64,000 bases of DNA from Candidatus Shapirobacteria bacterium (GTDB taxonomy: Bacteria; Patescibacteriota; Microgenomatia; UBA12405): positions 7,296 through 71,295 of the forward strand of contig JBAZYN010000003.1 in NCBI GenBank assembly GCA_041659325.1, written 5' to 3'. The notes beneath the pieces are model-generated. The model made no database searches. It had not been told where the DNA came from and saw only the letters and a program-made list of their open reading frames with translations. How positions within the stretch are numbered: position 1 is the stretch's first letter; each line of letters begins with the position of its first letter. Positions 10,042 through 20,858 of the stretch are shown one piece after another. The position numbers and the translations under genes were made by a program.

Positions 10042-10117
10042 TACTCGCCACCCCGGACTTGGTTAGGATCTCGATGTGGGGGGGGGCGGCTCGGTTTAGC
10101 GGAATGATATTGGGACT
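10042..10117 (+). repeat. two tandem att-like scars with a G9 run
   Basis: CTCGCCACCCCGGACTTGGTTAGGATC and GGCTC..CGGAATGATATTGGGACT; the second is flush with the stop at 10118. Confidence 0.55.
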
Positions 10118-10816
10118 CTAATTATCACTATATCCCCAATGCCATGGTTCGAATATTATTCCAAACGTGTTGTTTTTTGGATATGATTGGACGAATCCAA
10201 ATTTTGAGGCATTTTTTTTAAGCCAACGGTATTCAACCGATCGGGCAAAATTTAAAGGTTTTTTATCAGATGGTAAACCGTTTTCAGTGATAACATCTAT
10301 GGCTGGTTTGGTTGATGAACAATGTTCACTATATCCAGGTATGGCCACTCTTTTTGTAGTCATTCCAAAATTGAAACTATATATTTTAAAATAATAAAGA
10401 AAGGTAAGACATTGATAAATCGGTGATCTATAAGCTGAATCTATAAGTAGTTTTTTCTCTAAATCGGTTGAAATGGACTTATTCATTTGGCTATATGCTT
10501 CAAAAACTGACTTTCTTAAATACTGGGTTTCAATGTGGTGGATTTCCCTCCTGAACGTATATTTTTGATTTTTTATGGCCGCTAAATCATTAGGAATCGC
10601 ATCAAGACCTAGATATGGGCCACTAAATCCATATTTGGCCGGATCAATATTAAATATTTCATTAATTAGTTGATTTTCTTTGGCGGTTAATTTCTGGCCG
10701 AGAGTTTGTTTGTCAATTAAAACTATCTGATCAACCATTTCCGATTTAAGTTTTTCAAACTTCTGCAAGATAGATTCGGTCGTTATTTGAACTGATTTAT
10801 CGGACCAGTTGATCAT
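10118..10816 (-). CDS. M15B D-alanyl-D-alanine carboxypeptidase (VanY-like)
   Basis: SAYRS..YQ, PGYSEH...AID and EPWHW motifs. Confidence 0.9.
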   Translation of the reverse strand: MINWSDKSVQITTESILQKFEKLKSEMVDQIVLIDKQTLGQKLTAKENQLINEIFNIDPAKYGFSGPYLGLDAIPNDLAAIKNQKYTFRREIHHIETQYLRKSVFEAYSQMNKSISTDLEKKLLIDSAYRSPIYQCLTFLYYFKIYSFNFGMTTKRVAIPGYSEHCSSTKPAIDVITENGLPSDKKPLNFARSVEYRWLKKNASKFGFVQSYPKNNTFGIIFEPWHWGYSDN

Positions 10817-10904
10817 ATTTTCTTAATCTTACTATAAAATACCATGTGTATTGTGGTGCATGCCTGGTGGAATAATTATTCAGAGGTAGAGAGGTTTTAG
10901 AACT

Positions 10905-11156
10905 TTACAATCTAACTTTAACAGGTCCTCCATCTCTTAAGGGACAGCCGGTGGAACTAACAGCCGTGATATTTCGACAGCCCCAAGTAATACCTGCTGC
11001 GATAATGGTATCAACATCAATATCACACCTTGCTCTACCAACACCCTGCTCATATTGTTCGATTTCAACAACTGGGGTTCCTTTAGTCGCATCAACTAGT
11101 CTTTGTTGGATTGCCGGACAACTCCCTCTAATAGCTTCAAGTAATGGATAGCACAT
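10905..11156 (-). CDS. hypothetical protein (83 aa)
   Basis: ORF between two intergenic scar motifs; stop flush with the scar. Confidence 0.45.
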   Translation of the reverse strand: MCYPLLEAIRGSCPAIQQRLVDATKGTPVVEIEQYEQGVGRARCDIDVDTIIAAGITWGCRNITAVSSTGCPLRDGGPVKVRL

Positions 11157-11213
11157 CTGGTGAAATTTACCCTACATAGTCAAATATGTCAAACAAACTT
11201 AGGGCCTGGACAG

Positions 11214-11269
11214 TGGTCCCCCGCTCCGCCAATTGGCGGATACGACGAACGAGCGTCTCAATCAGGACT
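11214..11269 (+). repeat. att-like scar interrupted by a palindromic REP
   Basis: TGGTCCCCCGC (10/11 to tRNA antisense), then TCCGCCAATTGGCGGA, then ..TCAATCAGGAC. Confidence 0.6.
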
Positions 11270-11295
11270 GCGGTGGGGGGGGGGTGTTTAACTTG

Positions 11296-12417
11296 TTATT
11301 CTTTAGTTAAAAGCTGAGGAGTACAAGGCTTAGTGAATAATGTTTCCACCAGTTTGTCTTTATTTGATGTTTTTCGATAAAGGTCAGACAAAAAGTTGAA
11401 AGCTGAATAATAAATCGGCGCATATTTACCAAATATTGGATCAGTGGAGAAATTTATTATTTGACGAATAGTGTCATCAGAAATATAGTACCGGCTGATT
11501 TCTTTTTTTATATCTTCGACACTTCGGTCATCATCATTAAAAAGAAAAGTAGCCAGATTTTGGAGGGCAAAAGTAAGGCGGTCATAATACCAAGTCAGTT
11601 GTTCTTCGAGATTTGATTCGTTGGTAATTTTGAGAAGTACGTAAATTCCTACGGCGATAGCTTCGCTAACAAAAGTCTGAGGACTGAGGTTGATAACCAA
11701 TCCGTGCTCACCGAAACCCTTTTCAGTGAGCAATTTATCTTTATTTGATAGCTCCGAGTGGTGCCCACCATAAACTTCGTGGGAAGCCATGCTGAACAAA
11801 TCGTAGGTACTGAAATGTAAATCAGTGTTTAGTGTTAGTTTTGATTTGAACGGTGCGACATGAGAGTTAAAAGCACCCCACGGTTTATTGATTATGGTTT
11901 CAATAAGAAAGCCTTCATCCGGAAAATCCAAAATACTTGGAGGTAGTTTACTCTTGATGATTTGAATAGCTTTCTCAAAAACTGATTTGTACTCTTCCGG
12001 TTTTACCAAGTTTTTGATGTAAACCTCTTGACGAGAGAGACCAATTTTGGTTTCTAAGTCTCTAATCTTGTCTTCGAGAGTTCGGATATCTTTTTCCGCG
12101 ATTCTTGTAATCTTGTGGCCAAATGTTTGTTCGGAAATCTGCTCATATGGCAGTTTCCTGCCAAAATTATTTATTTGAAATTCCAGACTTTTTATAATTT
12201 CATTGAGATATCGCTTTCTTCTTTCGTCCGGAATACCATCAACGAGAGACCTGGTTTGATTAATTAATCCATCGACATTATTTTGATCCGGAAGATTTTT
12301 TTTAAGGCGAGACAATAAATCATTATCGACCCAAGTTTCGGAAACCATACCAGGAATTAGTTTTTCCAGGTATAATGCAATCTTAAAAATGTTTTCACTA
12401 ACGAGGTCAATTATCAT
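11296..12417 (-). CDS. hypothetical protein, DUF885-like putative metallopeptidase
   Basis: SHEVYGGHH and downstream SEAIA resemble the DUF885 HE..PGHH / EG.A motifs. Confidence 0.6.
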   Translation of the reverse strand: MIIDLVSENIFKIALYLEKLIPGMVSETWVDNDLLSRLKKNLPDQNNVDGLINQTRSLVDGIPDERRKRYLNEIIKSLEFQINNFGRKLPYEQISEQTFGHKITRIAEKDIRTLEDKIRDLETKIGLSRQEVYIKNLVKPEEYKSVFEKAIQIIKSKLPPSILDFPDEGFLIETIINKPWGAFNSHVAPFKSKLTLNTDLHFSTYDLFSMASHEVYGGHHSELSNKDKLLTEKGFGEHGLVINLSPQTFVSEAIAVGIYVLLKITNESNLEEQLTWYYDRLTFALQNLATFLFNDDDRSVEDIKKEISRYYISDDTIRQIINFSTDPIFGKYAPIYYSAFNFLSDLYRKTSNKDKLVETLFTKPCTPQLLTKE

Positions 12418-12596
12418 TGACCAATTCTATCAAAAGTTCCAGAGTCTATGACGGCGGACAAGGAAGGCGAGAACCAATTTCAGGTTCAAGTCGACGTTGC
12501 CGGGATAACAGAACGGTTCTAGGGCTACTAAAACCATGAGTTTGTATGTTGCGCGGGGGGAGAATAATCAGGGTAATGTTCTGTGTATAATCACCT

Positions 12597-13619
12597 ATGT
12601 TGAGAGACGAAGAAATAATTGAAGAATTAAAGATTCGGTGGAGAGAAGTAGATGATACTCAGCCCAGGAAATTCGACAGACTAAGTGGCGGAATGAACAA
12701 TCATTTGTATCAAGTAACTAATACCGAGAATACCCGGTATTTGCTCAAAATATACGTTGTTGACGAAACTGATCGCCTAAGCCGGGAGTTTAAGGCCTGT
12801 AGTTATCTGTGGCTACACAATTTTCCCGTACCGAAACCAATATTTAAAAATGATATTAAAAACTATGCCATCTATACATTTGCAGAAGGCGGCCCTAAAA
12901 AAGCACAAATGGTAACAAAGGATGATATTGATAAGATGGTAGATTTTTTAACCGCTCTTGAAAATTGCCGACCAGATTATTATTTTTTTGATAAAAGCGC
13001 CTCGTCTTTTACCCGCCTATCTGATTACGTTAACTATGTAGAAAAGCGGCTAGATACGTTAAAGACATCATTAATAAACGATGCAATTGATGATAGAGTC
13101 GACGAATTTTTGAAGAGAACTAAACTAATTACGTTTATTGAGGATGAAAAAAGAAAAATATGTTCCTCAATATATAGTGATGAGTGGAACAGAGAACTTA
13201 ATATCGATCAACAGGTATTATCTCCTTTAGATTTTGGCCCTCACAATGCCCTGTTTGCTGCGGATGGAAACGTAACTTTTATTGATTTTGAGAAATTTGG
13301 TTGGGACGATCCGACTCATGTGGTCGTATCGTTTGTGAACCATATTCAAACCATAGGACTGAGGTATGAATATAAACAGTATTTTTTGAAAAAATACTTT
13401 GAGAAATCCAGTTACTCTGGGCTAGTTAAGGAACGATTGCCCAAAATAATTCAAATTGACCGTCTAGGATGGATTGCTTTTTTGGCCAACACCCTCACTC
13501 CTGACCGACTCCGCCACTATTTGGATGCTCAGCCTCAATTGGGCAAGGACGAGTATGTGGAGAGGCAGCTTTATGAAATTGAAATAATGTTAGGCGAATT
13601 GGCAAAAAAGCTCGATTAA
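12597..13619 (+). CDS. aminoglycoside phosphotransferase/choline kinase family protein
   Basis: GGMNN..Y, LLK, DFGPHN and IDFE..GWDDP motifs. Confidence 0.85.
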   Translation: MLRDEEIIEELKIRWREVDDTQPRKFDRLSGGMNNHLYQVTNTENTRYLLKIYVVDETDRLSREFKACSYLWLHNFPVPKPIFKNDIKNYAIYTFAEGGPKKAQMVTKDDIDKMVDFLTALENCRPDYYFFDKSASSFTRLSDYVNYVEKRLDTLKTSLINDAIDDRVDEFLKRTKLITFIEDEKRKICSSIYSDEWNRELNIDQQVLSPLDFGPHNALFAADGNVTFIDFEKFGWDDPTHVVVSFVNHIQTIGLRYEYKQYFLKKYFEKSSYSGLVKERLPKIIQIDRLGWIAFLANTLTPDRLRHYLDAQPQLGKDEYVERQLYEIEIMLGELAKKLD

Positions 13620-13737
13620 ATTACTTTTAAGTAAGAAAAAGTGAAAGTTGGGACTTAGTGTTGAGTAAGCGGTAGCTTTCGTTCATAAAAATATTACCTT
13701 CCGCCCCGGACTCAATCATGAGGGCGGCGGGCAGGAA

Positions 13738-14163
13738 TCAATATCTTAATAATCCGTGGTGAGCAATTAGTTTCCAATCACCATTAATTTTTGAATAAGT
13801 TTTGCCTGCTCTTCCAAACCACTTGGTTTGAATACCGTCTTTGTTTTCCCAGACAGTATCAACATCAACGACAGCAAAGGCACCATCACCCTCTTTTGAT
13901 ATTTTTATGTCTACAACTTTTCTTTCGTTTTTTACTATCTCGTTTTCACTAAACATTTTTCTATACACTTCTTTCCATCTCTCGTAATTGAATTTACCTA
14001 ATGGTAATTTCCAATCAATTGGATTTTGAGAATTATTGTCATTCGGCCAGACCCAAACCATATCGGGGTGAAAAATTGAAAGTAATAGTTCAACGTCTTT
14101 GGTATCCCATGCCCTCGTTTCCCGATCAACTATTTCCCTTATTTCTTGTTTTTGAGGGTCCAT
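13738..14163 (-). CDS. SnoaL/NTF2-like protein
   Basis: AWDTKDVELL..FHPD and DWKLIAHH fold signature. Confidence 0.8.
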   Translation of the reverse strand: MDPQKQEIREIVDRETRAWDTKDVELLLSIFHPDMVWVWPNDNNSQNPIDWKLPLGKFNYERWKEVYRKMFSENEIVKNERKVVDIKISKEGDGAFAVVDVDTVWENKDGIQTKWFGRAGKTYSKINGDWKLIAHHGLLRY

Positions 14164-14286
14164 AAATAATTATACAAAAGTTTTCTAACCTAGGGTGGGA
14201 TGTGAAAAGCTTGGACCTATTGTTGGTTTTGCTAACAGGTTTGAGTCTGGTTGACTCCGCCAATTGGGAAAAGCGGGCGAATTTAT

Positions 14287-14937
14287 CTATTCTTTCGCCA
14301 AGTGCTGAGTAAATCCCCTCTTGACCAATTCCCCATAAGCCGCCCACACTTCCGGGGGAATATCCTGGGGGATTTGAAAACCTTTTTGGGGGTAAATTTT
14401 TATTCTTTGGGTGTACCCAACCATTAGGTTGATTAATAAGTTTTTGGAAATAGTTTCGTTTGGATAGACCTCGTATGATATTTGTGGGGCAGCAACCATA
14501 AACTCCATTTCCGGCCATTGTTTTTTGAGAGTAGCATAGGCTCTTCTTTGCATATATGGCTTCTGAACTGAAATAATTGATTTGATATCCAGTCCTTTTT
14601 CTTTGATTAGCTTTTTTGTAAAGATAATGTTTTCGCCGGTGTTGGTTGACTGATTTTCAATATGTATTTTATCTTTTGGGACGCCTAATCTGACCGCTTC
14701 GTTTGCAAATATATCGGCTTCGGGTTTACTAAAAAGTTGCCTGGTTAGATCTCCGTAGCCACCGGAAAATATGATGAGCGGGGCGAAACCTGAGAGAAAC
14801 AATTCGGCAGCCCGATGGGCAACACGGATATCGTTGCTGCCTAAACCCAAGATACAGTCGGATTTTTTGAGAGTATGCTGGAGATTATTGTAGTCCCACA
14901 AAATTTTTGCCAATCGGTCGTCTGTATAATCTTTCAT
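14287..14937 (-). CDS. YdcF/DUF218 family protein
   Basis: FSGG, EA..F, E..STNTGEN and KPYMQRR motifs. Confidence 0.9.
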   Translation of the reverse strand: MKDYTDDRLAKILWDYNNLQHTLKKSDCILGLGSNDIRVAHRAAELFLSGFAPLIIFSGGYGDLTRQLFSKPEADIFANEAVRLGVPKDKIHIENQSTNTGENIIFTKKLIKEKGLDIKSIISVQKPYMQRRAYATLKKQWPEMEFMVAAPQISYEVYPNETISKNLLINLMVGYTQRIKIYPQKGFQIPQDIPPEVWAAYGELVKRGFTQHLAKE

Positions 14938-15023
14938 AAGTCAGATTATACAAAAGTTCCAGGCTATCTCCCATGGATACAAATTAATGCCAAAAAGGCT
15001 TGATTGGATAGCCAAACGGTTTT

Positions 15024-15917
15024 TTAAAACTTGTTTTTCTTCAGCCAACCAATTAAATATTCCGATAACTCTGCCTCACGATTATCATAAGTATGGGAGG
15101 CACCGGGAAGAATGAACCTTTCAAACGAGGGAATATTAATCGCCTTTTCTTTTAGTAAACTTAAATCATCTTCAATACTCCGGACAACGATATCATCATG
15201 TTCACCAACTATCGCCAGGGCAGGGACTTTGATCGACTCTAATTCGGGAAATGACTTGGGGTTTCTCATTAGCGGTAAATTATCGGCAGGACAACCGTCT
15301 ACAAATAAATCAAGAAAGGTCTGAGAACTTAGGTTATACCAGTTCCACAGCATAGGAGTTAATAATTTTCGGGGATTGCCTTCGGCTATATTTTTTTTCG
15401 CTTCGTTGACCAATTGTTGATATATCTTTGATTCCCCTGATTCCTTAGCGTTTGCAACCATGTCGGGCGGTGATAAAAGGATTACTCCCGCTAAATTCTT
15501 TGGATTCTTTTTGTAGATATAATGAGTTACTTTATTGCAACCCAATGAGTGTCCCATTAGGATAATTTTCTTGTAACCAAGCTCCGTCATATGTCTGTAC
15601 CAAGCGTCAATATCATACACAGAATCTTCGAATCTTTCATACACCGCTCCGACTCTAACTGACTTGAAAGCGTTTTGTTCATTCATCTCTCTGACGACAA
15701 TGTCGTTTATATGGTTATAACCGCGATTATGAGAAAAAACGCAACCGAAACCATTTTTTTGCAACGCCCGTCCCACTACATTTCCCCAGTAGTTTTCAAT
15801 TATGTTTCCGGACATTCCGTGGACAATTAGGACGCCGACCCGTTTGTTGCCGGATTCATAGTGATTACCGGCCAACCTTAGATTATCTTTAGTCCAAACG
15901 TAAACTATGTCGTTCAT
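15024..15917 (-). CDS. alpha/beta hydrolase (DUF1749-like)
   Basis: VHG, GHSLG nucleophile elbow, GEHD and ASH catalytic triad. Confidence 0.88.
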   Translation of the reverse strand: MNDIVYVWTKDNLRLAGNHYESGNKRVGVLIVHGMSGNIIENYWGNVVGRALQKNGFGCVFSHNRGYNHINDIVVREMNEQNAFKSVRVGAVYERFEDSVYDIDAWYRHMTELGYKKIILMGHSLGCNKVTHYIYKKNPKNLAGVILLSPPDMVANAKESGESKIYQQLVNEAKKNIAEGNPRKLLTPMLWNWYNLSSQTFLDLFVDGCPADNLPLMRNPKSFPELESIKVPALAIVGEHDDIVVRSIEDDLSLLKEKAINIPSFERFILPGASHTYDNREAELSEYLIGWLKKNKF

Positions 15918-16007
15918 TGCTTTATGATATCACCGGTATGCAGGATTGAGATTAGCATCGGATTCTCCAACTGCTTTGGAATTAACAGGACTGTGTGTGG
16001 GTTACAA

Positions 16008-16034
16008 AACAACCCACCGAAGTGGTGGGTTGTT
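16008..16034. terminator. intrinsic terminator hairpin
   Basis: 11-bp stem AACAACCCACC / GGTGGGTTGTT with 5-nt loop, just past the stop at 16052. Confidence 0.7.
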
Positions 16035-16051
16035 GTTGCTACTGATATAAA

Positions 16052-16999
16052 TTACCAGTTTCCAAGACCAGCCCGAACCGGGCTTTTGTATATTTGACTT
16101 TGATCACCTGAACAGGTGTCATTAGAAACCTCCTGAATCATGGCGAATTCGCCCCAGATATCCGGACCGATTTCTTGACCTTCTGGTGTGTACCAGACAC
16201 CGTCAGTATTTATTGCGTTGGCGGGCACGGCGACAACCTTTACAAAATAGTTCCAGGTACAGGTTTCATAGACTGCTGGCTCTACCCCTGTGGCAGTCCA
16301 TGTTAAATTGTTGCCATGACTATCTGCGAAGGAACCATCAACCAAACCCGTTTCGCTTATGGTAGCCTGGAAGTCTCCTGTGTAAAGGATCGGAGCCCTG
16401 TCGTAATGTAGGGTTAGGGTATTTCCTGTTACATTGCCTCCTAATGTCCCCCCGTATTCAAATTGTGAAGTTGCGGGGTTTAGCCACCAAAACTCACCGG
16501 TAACATTGCCGGATTCGTCCTGGACCAGATTTCGAAACTGACGGTTATCTGTCCCTCCGGCGAAGTCTAGTAGCCAAGTTCCGGCAACATTCCAGGACAC
16601 AATTTGACCCTGATATGTGCCAGACTGATGGTTGGTTAACCAGGCACCAGAACCGATATATGAATCATGTCCATAATGTCTGTCAAGTAATTTATCACCA
16701 TCACAATCTTTATTGGATAGCCAGGCATCATTCCATTTCATAATTAAATTGTCTTCTGCCCACTCTTGACACCAAGCAGCGTCTTGATATACATCACAAA
16801 AACCGCCGCTGAATAGGTGCCCCTGATAGTTGTATCCCCACTCGTCAAAGCCAGTAGTGATGACCTCTCCCGCAGAGTCTACAAGTGTACCCGACTGAAT
16901 GGTGGTACAAGTGTCCTTTGCTGGTTTTGCTGCTAATGCAGGACTGGCGGCAAAGGCTAGTGCAGCAACGGAAATAAATAATGAAAGAAGTCGTTTCAT
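16052..16999 (-). CDS. secreted Trp/Gly/Cys-rich hypothetical protein
   Basis: Signal peptide MKRLLSLFISVAALAFAASPALA; GGAG RBS upstream of the ATG at 16999. Confidence 0.75.
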   Translation of the reverse strand: MKRLLSLFISVAALAFAASPALAAKPAKDTCTTIQSGTLVDSAGEVITTGFDEWGYNYQGHLFSGGFCDVYQDAAWCQEWAEDNLIMKWNDAWLSNKDCDGDKLLDRHYGHDSYIGSGAWLTNHQSGTYQGQIVSWNVAGTWLLDFAGGTDNRQFRNLVQDESGNVTGEFWWLNPATSQFEYGGTLGGNVTGNTLTLHYDRAPILYTGDFQATISETGLVDGSFADSHGNNLTWTATGVEPAVYETCTWNYFVKVVAVPANAINTDGVWYTPEGQEIGPDIWGEFAMIQEVSNDTCSGDQSQIYKSPVRAGLGNW

Positions 17000-17286
17000 A
17001 CTCAATACTCCTTGTGAAAAATATAACTGGTCTAGTTTATTTATAGGCTTTGGGGAGTCAATGTCAAGCTGCCTAAAAAACTTGTTTATCCGTATCCTTT
17101 GTGTATATTTTATTTCAAGTAAAAGGTCAATTCCTACGAGAACTTTTATCAATTTCTGCGAGGAACTGGGTATTTTGTTTCGGATATGACTTTGCCGGAA
17201 AATTTAAGTAATTATAATTCCGAAAGATAGAACGATTTTTTTAACTGCTTTGTTAGACCATGCTTGATGGACGGCGGGTGATATGG

Positions 17287-17724
17287 TTATAAGTCAAACC
17301 TAAACATATTTTCAGTATACCTGCCGCCATTTTTTTCATAAAATTTATGAGATTGGTGCAAGTTTTTGTCACTGTCAAGCTTAATTACTTTAATATTTCT
17401 GTTTTGGCAGTACTCTTTTATTGCTTCAAATATTTTGGTTCCAACTCCTTTTCCCCGATACGACTTGGTAGTAAAGAAATCTTCGATATGCCCCCGGTGC
17501 CAGCCATGCCGGATATTGGGTAGTAAATAAAATGTAGCTAAACCTACTAATTTCCCCCCATCTTCGGCGACGAAAATCTTGGTGTCGTCTCCGACGATGA
17601 TTTCGTCAAATATTTCTCCACCGATTTGAGAAGGAATATCTTTTGCCTTAAATAAGACGGAAAATTCATCAAATAAACTTAGAACTTGTTGTTTATCTGC
17701 GATAGTTGCCAGTCGTACCTTCAC
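17287..17724 (-). CDS. GNAT N-acetyltransferase
   Basis: YRGKGVG acetyl-CoA motif and FYEKNG. Confidence 0.9.
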   Translation of the reverse strand: MKVRLATIADKQQVLSLFDEFSVLFKAKDIPSQIGGEIFDEIIVGDDTKIFVAEDGGKLVGLATFYLLPNIRHGWHRGHIEDFFTTKSYRGKGVGTKIFEAIKEYCQNRNIKVIKLDSDKNLHQSHKFYEKNGGRYTENMFRFDL

Positions 17725-17770
17725 AATAAGATTATACCGGAGTTTTTATAAAGAGCTCGTTTAGGGTTTT

Positions 17771-17818
17771 CTCCCCCGACAGATAGCGGATACGAAGGAC
17801 TAACGGCTCAATTAGGAC
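17771..17818 (+). repeat. att-like scar
   Basis: CTCCCCCG (8/8 to tRNA antisense) ... GCGGATACGA ... TCAATTAGGAC, parallel to 11214-11269. Confidence 0.55.
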
Positions 17819-17842
17819 GGTTATTGAAAGTAAACTATTACT

Positions 17843-18175
17843 CTATTTTGATTTAAAAACTTTCTTTGAAACACTACCAGTAAAAAGCCTAAATGCCAAT
17901 CGTTTTTCTTTTTCGTAAACATAAGGAATTCCCAATAACTGTTTGCAATTTGGGCAAGTAAGTTGTGAAATTTTTTTTAGCGGTAATTTATCTAAACCAG
18001 AGTATAAATTTGATTCAATAATTCTATCCAAATATATTCTCTTCAAAATTCCTATACCATCTTTTTGATAATAGAATAAATGAACACCACATTTTCCGCA
18101 TTGAATATCCAAAAGTCTAGAATGTCCGCCACGAGATTTTTTATATTTATCACTCTTAAATTTTATTTCGACCAC
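17843..18175 (-). CDS. small zinc-ribbon-like hypothetical protein
   Basis: CGKC and CPNC pairs; GTG start 6 nt after TACAAT. Confidence 0.7.
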   Translation of the reverse strand: MVEIKFKSDKYKKSRGGHSRLLDIQCGKCGVHLFYYQKDGIGILKRIYLDRIIESNLYSGLDKLPLKKISQLTCPNCKQLLGIPYVYEKEKRLAFRLFTGSVSKKVFKSK

Positions 18176-18336
18176 TGTCCAATTGTAACAAAAGTTCCAA
18201 AGTCCAAGACAGAGCGAGATTGTAGGTGGAAGCACAGGGAAGGGTAACGATGGATTATGAACAGGCAGATATGACTGAAGTGTCGTCAGTCACCGGGGGG
18301 GCAACATTGTTCTAAATTGGCAGTTTTTAAATTCCG

Positions 18337-18822
18337 CTATAAATAACTACCAAATCGAATGAAATGACAAGTGTAACCATTTGGATTTTTCTGAAGATAA
18401 TCCTGGTGATATTTTTCGGCCGGGTAAAATTCTTTTAGGGGCTCGAGGGTGGTAACTACGGTGTTTTTCCAGCGCCCGGATTTGTTAACGATTTTTATAA
18501 AATTTTGGGCTACTTTTTTTTCCTGCAGGTTTCCATAAAAAATGGCCGAACGATAAGAGTCACCGAGATCGTTCCCCTGCTGATTTAAAGTGGTTGGATC
18601 GTGAATTTGAAAGAAAAAATCAAGCAGCTTTTTGTAGGAAGTTTGATCTGAATCATATTCTATTTCGACTGCTTCAGCATGGCCGGTGTGATTTTCATAA
18701 GTCGGGTTTTTGACAACCCCGCCGGTGTAGCCAACGGTGGTTTTGACGACTCCGGACTGGTGACGGATAAGCTCTTCCAGGCCCCAAAAACAACCGCCGG
18801 CTAAAATTATTTTTTTGATCAT
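18337..18822 (-). CDS. msrA: peptide-methionine (S)-S-oxide reductase
   Basis: GGCFWG, GHAEAV, HDPT..NQQGND.G..YRS and AEKYHQDY motifs. Confidence 0.97.
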   Translation of the reverse strand: MIKKIILAGGCFWGLEELIRHQSGVVKTTVGYTGGVVKNPTYENHTGHAEAVEIEYDSDQTSYKKLLDFFFQIHDPTTLNQQGNDLGDSYRSAIFYGNLQEKKVAQNFIKIVNKSGRWKNTVVTTLEPLKEFYPAEKYHQDYLQKNPNGYTCHFIRFGSYL

Positions 18823-19178
18823 TTGACGCCCGGGATAAACTTTAAGGAAATTGAATTGACACAATGGCGAACATTTTTGTCGGTTAGCTGCTCACCTATA
18901 AATATATGGCCCAAGTGAGCGCCACATTTTGCACAGGTAATTTCGGTCCGAAGACCGTCTAAGTCTTCACTTTTTTTGACTGCCCCTTTAATTTCGTCGT
19001 CGAAACTCGGCCAGCCACAGGTTGATTGAAATTTGTCTTTTGAGTTGAAAAGCGGAGCGCCGCATTGTCGACAAACATAAACGCCGGTTCTAAATTCGTT
19101 TATATATTCTCCGGTAAATGGGGCTTCGGTACCTTTGTCGAGAATGACCCGCTTTTCCCTGGGAGTTAACTTTTTCAT
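18819..19178 (-). CDS. msrB: peptide-methionine (R)-S-oxide reductase
   Basis: GTE.PF.G, CxxC, CGWPSF, HLGHIF and RHCVNS motifs. Confidence 0.97.
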   Translation of the reverse strand: MKKLTPREKRVILDKGTEAPFTGEYINEFRTGVYVCRQCGAPLFNSKDKFQSTCGWPSFDDEIKGAVKKSEDLDGLRTEITCAKCGAHLGHIFIGEQLTDKNVRHCVNSISLKFIPGVK

Positions 19179-19243
19179 AAATGTATTCTAACATTTTGAG
19201 GAATCTAAGCGGAATTTTATTATTCAGGTATACTTTGGTAGAG

Positions 19244-19960
19244 ATGAAGTATAAAAAAATAATATTTTTGATGGTGGTTATCGCAGGGGGGATAATTTTG
19301 CTAAAAAAATATAATAATAGCCCAGGCACTAACACAAACCCAGTGCCGGTAAGTGAACAAAAACCAGTGGTACTGCCGGAAAAGGTGGAGTGGAAGGTAC
19401 CGTTTACAGCCCAGGCACCACTCGGAAAATGGGATGATGTAAAACAAGGAAACGGATGTGAAGAAGCATCAATTATGATGGCCTATCATTGGGCAAAAGG
19501 AACTAGCATTAGCCCCGACGAAGCAGAAGTAGAAATAATTAAAATGGCTGATTTTTCCCTAAAGCTGCTCGGGCATTTTCACGATATTTCAAACGAAGAC
19601 ACGATTAAACTGATGAAGGAATACTATAAATATGACAAAGTAATTCTAGAAACGGAAATAAATATTGAAAGGATAAAAACCAGACTAGCACAGGAAAAAA
19701 TTTTGGTAGTGGCGGTAAACGGAGATTTACTTGGGAACCCTAACTATCAAATACCAAAACCGGCAAACCACAAATTGGTGATAACCGGGTATGACGAAAC
19801 TACGAAAGAATTTATCACCAATGACCCGGGGACATCGAGGGGACAAGGCTTTCGATACAAATACGAAAAACTCTTTGAAGCAATTACAGACTACCCGACC
19901 GGATACAGGGAATCATTTAATCGGGTGTATAAGACGATGATCGTGGTGGAAAAGGAATAA
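19244..19960 (+). CDS. membrane-anchored C39-like peptidase
   Basis: N-terminal TM, Q..GCEEAS, H.LVITGYD and NDPG papain-like triad. Confidence 0.8.
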   Translation: MKYKKIIFLMVVIAGGIILLKKYNNSPGTNTNPVPVSEQKPVVLPEKVEWKVPFTAQAPLGKWDDVKQGNGCEEASIMMAYHWAKGTSISPDEAEVEIIKMADFSLKLLGHFHDISNEDTIKLMKEYYKYDKVILETEINIERIKTRLAQEKILVVAVNGDLLGNPNYQIPKPANHKLVITGYDETTKEFITNDPGTSRGQGFRYKYEKLFEAITDYPTGYRESFNRVYKTMIVVEKE

Positions 19961-20062
19961 AGTTTACCTACTTCTTACATAGTTTTTGTATATCTCTTTG
20001 AATTGGCCGGTAGTCTACTAGTATCTTAGATAGTTTAGTTAGACACAAGACAAAATAAAATT

Positions 20063-20539
20063 ATGATACAAAAAATTGTCCCTAATTTATGGTTTGACGA
20101 TCAGGCGTTGGCGGCGGCGAATTTTTATACTTCTGTGTTTAAGAGTTCAAAAATCGTCAATGTTATGCATTACGGTAAAGCAAGTTCAGAGGTATCGGGA
20201 AAGGTCGAGGGGAGCGTGATGGCGGTAGAATTTGAAATTGAAGGCCAAAGATTTGTGGCTTTAAACGGTGGCTCCGAATTTAAATTTAACGAGTCGATTT
20301 CGTTTATTGTAAATTGTGAGAATCAGGAAGAAATTGATATGTACTGGCGGAGTCTAACTGAGGGCGGTCAGGAGAGCGTTTGCGGTTGGCTTAAAGATAA
20401 ATTCGGAGTATCGTGGCAAATTGTACCGACTGTTATCGACGAATTATTAAGCGATCCTGATCCTGAAAGAGCGGAAAGGGTAATGAGGAAGTTTCTGGAA
20501 ATGAAAAAGATAGACATTAACAGTTTGATCGATGCGTAA
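20063..20539 (+). CDS. VOC family protein (PhnB/3-demethylubiquinone-9 3-methyltransferase-like)
   Basis: P.LWF, FYTSVF, LNGG..F.FNE.ISF and CGWLKDKFGVSWQ motifs. Confidence 0.92.
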   Translation: MIQKIVPNLWFDDQALAAANFYTSVFKSSKIVNVMHYGKASSEVSGKVEGSVMAVEFEIEGQRFVALNGGSEFKFNESISFIVNCENQEEIDMYWRSLTEGGQESVCGWLKDKFGVSWQIVPTVIDELLSDPDPERAERVMRKFLEMKKIDINSLIDA

Positions 20540-20561
20540 AGTTAAATATTTAAATATAAAA

Positions 20562-20675
20562 ATGACTAAAATATCATGGAGAAAAATAAAAGAAACAGTA
20601 ATCACCGGAGTAATGCTTTTCGGACCGCTTTTGATGATGCAGTATTTGTGGGTAGGCCATATAGGCATAAGGTAA
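20562..20675 (+). CDS. putative 37-aa small membrane protein
   Basis: Manual translation MTKISWRKIKETVITGVMLFGPLLMMQYLWVGHIGIR, just downstream of the VOC gene. Confidence 0.4.
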   Translation: MTKISWRKIKETVITGVMLFGPLLMMQYLWVGHIGIR

Positions 20676-20858
20676 GTAGTAGAGAGAGATATTTTGTTCT
20701 GCCGGATTTCTTACATATCTTTGATGCGGAATTGCTGTGAATAAGTTTTAATTATATATTATTATAAGAATCTTTTCGTGAAAAAAAATTTAAAGGGTTT
20801 GTTGAGTAAAATAAGGAAATTGAGGGTTAATTTGCAAAAGATTAAGGTAAAATAGGAT

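Noticed and set aside
10118-13619. VanY-like and APH-like genes as bona fide antibiotic resistance determinants
   Set aside because: Only family-level motifs are visible, there is no van cluster, and both families contain many non-resistance members.
1700-18330. Classical integron/CALIN attC array
   Set aside because: The spacers lack the RYYYAAC...GTTRRRY order and attC-type hairpins, and no IntI is present. The repeats fit tRNA-3'-like att scars better. An IntegronFinder run would settle it.
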